Source of the DNA: Haliotis rufescens
Taxonomy: Eukaryota
DNA length: 63,840 nucleotides
Direction of reading: 5' to 3'
Assembly (NCBI RefSeq): GCF_023055435.1
Contig: NW_025963890.1
Span: 19,282,001 to 19,345,840 of the forward strand
The position numbers and the translations under genes were made by a program. The notes below the pieces were generated by a model that saw only the letters and a list, made by a program, of their open reading frames with translations, did no database searches and had not been told where the DNA came from. Of the stretch, positions 61,896 to 63,840 are shown one piece after another; within the stretch, counting starts at the first letter, position 1, and each line of letters begins with the position of its first letter.

Positions 61896-63116
61896 ATGGA
61901 ACCTCGACTATTTTCACTTGTCTTGTTGATGATGATGATGTACTCTTCGTTCCAGCTCATGGTGACGGCAACCATAGATGATGAGTTTAACCTTATCAAA
62001 GATGTCATCGAAAAGCGTTCATTGTTCTCCAAATGTGACCCTCAAAGTGGAAGGATTGTTCATATCAACGTCATATTTTACCCTATGTTTATCATAGAGT
62101 TGAATGAAAGAGAGCAGGTTCTTACCTCAAGTGGGTGGATTGACCTGTGGTGGACCGATTCGAGATTAACGTGGAATGCCAGCAACTATGGTGGAATTGA
62201 TAAAATGTGTGTTAAACAAAACATGATATGGATTCCAGATATCATAACTGAAAATTCTGTCGCAGGTTTAAGTATGTTGGGATCTGGTCAGGACTTTGTT
62301 ATAGTTCATTCTAATGGAGAAGTTGAGTGGTCACCAGGAAACATTTTCAAAACTATCTGTGAAATTGATGTTGTCACATTTCCATTTGATTCTCAGCAGT
62401 GCTCCCTAAATATCACCTCCTGGATGTATTACAGCAATGAGATCAGCTTCGTGCCAACAAAGGATTCCATTAACATGGACTTTTTTAAGTCGAACTCTGA
62501 ATGGAAATTGTTAAACATATCAATCTCTGAGACTGTATCTTCCTTCAGGGGTGAACATGGTATACAGAAGGACATTTCTTTTGTATTTAAGCTGAAACGC
62601 TTCAGTGTTTTCTACGTCGTGAAAATAATCATTCCAGTTGTGATCTTATCCATTTTGAACAGTTTTGTTTTCATCGTTCCACCAGAGTCCGGAGAGAAAG
62701 TATCCATGTCCGTAACCACAATGCTATCCCTGACAGTGTTTCTCAGTTACATCGGTGACATTACCCCAAACAACTCAGAGAGCATCCCCATCATAGCTCT
62801 GTTCGTTGTTCTTCATCTTGCTCTGGGAGCCTTATCCATCATCTGTAACATCCTCATTTTGAACATACATCACAAAGCTATGAAGGAAAAAGAAAAAAGA
62901 GATTTAAGAAGGGAAACAAGGGTCAACAGATCAAATAATAATGAACCTGAAGAAGTTACAATGGACACAATACCGAACTGTGCGGAAATCCCTGACGGTA
63001 CGAAGGCTGAGAGGGCCATGATAATTATGAGACACCTTGATATGATTTTCTTTGCTTTCTTCATCTTGTTATCCGCTGGTGTTACGATTGGGTGTGTAGC
63101 AATCATGTTAATTTAA
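61896..63116 (+). CDS. Cys-loop ligand-gated ion channel subunit, nAChR-like, non-alpha; tandem paralog of 55055-56266 (406 aa from the first ATG)
   Basis: Same motifs, Cys-loop CEIDVVTFPFDSQQC, intact ORF. The ORF-track start at 61878 is TTG; the first ATG is at 61896. Confidence 0.93.
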   Translation: MEPRLFSLVLLMMMMYSSFQLMVTATIDDEFNLIKDVIEKRSLFSKCDPQSGRIVHINVIFYPMFIIELNEREQVLTSSGWIDLWWTDSRLTWNASNYGGIDKMCVKQNMIWIPDIITENSVAGLSMLGSGQDFVIVHSNGEVEWSPGNIFKTICEIDVVTFPFDSQQCSLNITSWMYYSNEISFVPTKDSINMDFFKSNSEWKLLNISISETVSSFRGEHGIQKDISFVFKLKRFSVFYVVKIIIPVVILSILNSFVFIVPPESGEKVSMSVTTMLSLTVFLSYIGDITPNNSESIPIIALFVVLHLALGALSIICNILILNIHHKAMKEKEKRDLRRETRVNRSNNNEPEEVTMDTIPNCAEIPDGTKAERAMIIMRHLDMIFFAFFILLSAGVTIGCVAIMLI

Positions 63117-63654
63117 CATTGACGTGAACAAGTTCTAAATGTTCAACAGCACTGTCACAGTTGGTGTGTTTACATCTAGTATCAGTCATGTGATTGTGTC
63201 CTGAAAGACTACTTATGTTTTGTTTATGTAGTCAAAGATTCGTTGCAATGGGGAATATTGATATGTTCGCAATGGAGAAATATATCACCTTTATGTTAAA
63301 TATCCAACTTCAATACATGTACATGCTTTAAAGTGTCAGTACCTGAGTGAGGAGGATTTCTCGTAGCTTTTTATATTATACAAATACACACGAATGGTGG
63401 ATTGATGCTGATAAGCGAATGATAATAATGCCACGACAAAGATCTTCATTAGGTACATAGCTGCAAGGTTCGTAGGTACAAACAAGTGAGTTGGGTTTTA
63501 ATGCATCTTTGCTACAGTATTTCAGTATTGTCAATTTAAATTAAGATTAAAGCCTAAAATGACGTTCAATACTTATATAAAACCCAGCAGGATTTACAAC
63601 GTAATGCATACATAGAAACAGATATACAGACATTCGACAGCCAGACAGACATAT

Positions 63655-63722
63655 GGATGTCAACTTCTTTATTGTGAGGAACACATCGTTTCGGAGTATA
63701 TGCTTACCCCTTCATCAGGTGA
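63655..63722 (-). ncRNA. Penelope-like pLTR fragment with a hammerhead-ribozyme motif (probably inactivated)
   Basis: Minus strand reads CAC-CTGATGA-A-GGGGTA-AGCATA-TACTCC-GAAAC-GAT-GTG..AATAAAGAAGTTG. Stems I and II pair, but the cleavage triplet is GAU rather than GUH. Confidence 0.65.
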
Positions 63723-63840
63723 GGGGCGATCGGGTAGCCTTGTGGTTAAAGCTTTCGCTCGTCACACCGATTCCCGACATGGGTACAATGTGTGAAGCCC
63801 ATTTCTGGTGTCCGCTGCCATATTAATGCTAGAATATTGC
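63722..63840 (+). mobile_element. SINE family A copy running off the window end
   Basis: AGGGGCGATCGGGTAGCCTTGTGG..ATGGGTACAATGTGTGAAGCCCATTTCTGG. Confidence 0.88.

Noticed and set aside
3581-63840. tRNA-like A/B-box sequences (e.g. 3581, 5973, 13834, 23488, 48242) as tRNA genes
   Set aside because: Each continues into a shared body and simple-repeat tail, usually with TSDs. They are SINE heads, not tRNA genes.

Overview
AT-rich, intron-containing animal genomic DNA. The SINE/LINE/Penelope repertoire and gene families suggest a mollusc, probably a gastropod such as abalone (inference only). Four protein-coding genes can be assembled by hand with phase-consistent GT-AG introns. (1) Minus strand, 17958-14783, 5 coding exons, 350 aa: a secreted protein with a Gly/Pro-rich region and (PGFT)7 repeats, fused to what looks like a Cu/Zn-SOD-fold domain that contains no histidine. 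(2) Plus strand, 26102-48953, 11 exons, about 905 aa: a type I membrane protein (signal peptide, S/T-rich stalk, 3 CUB, SEA-like domain, TM, NPxY tail). (3,4) Two tandem Cys-loop/nAChR-like genes with intronless CDS (55055-56266, 61896-63116). They lack the canonical ACh-binding residues and show a mosaic of near-identical and divergent blocks. The rest is repeat-rich: a decayed Tc1/mariner element, I/Nimb-type and CR1/L2-type LINE fragments (one nested inside another), four SINE families with similar 3' tails, Penelope-like remnants with minimal hammerhead-ribozyme motifs, and several mini/microsatellites. No rRNA, true tRNA or CRISPR array was found. All coordinates and alignments were read by eye; no database searches were run.
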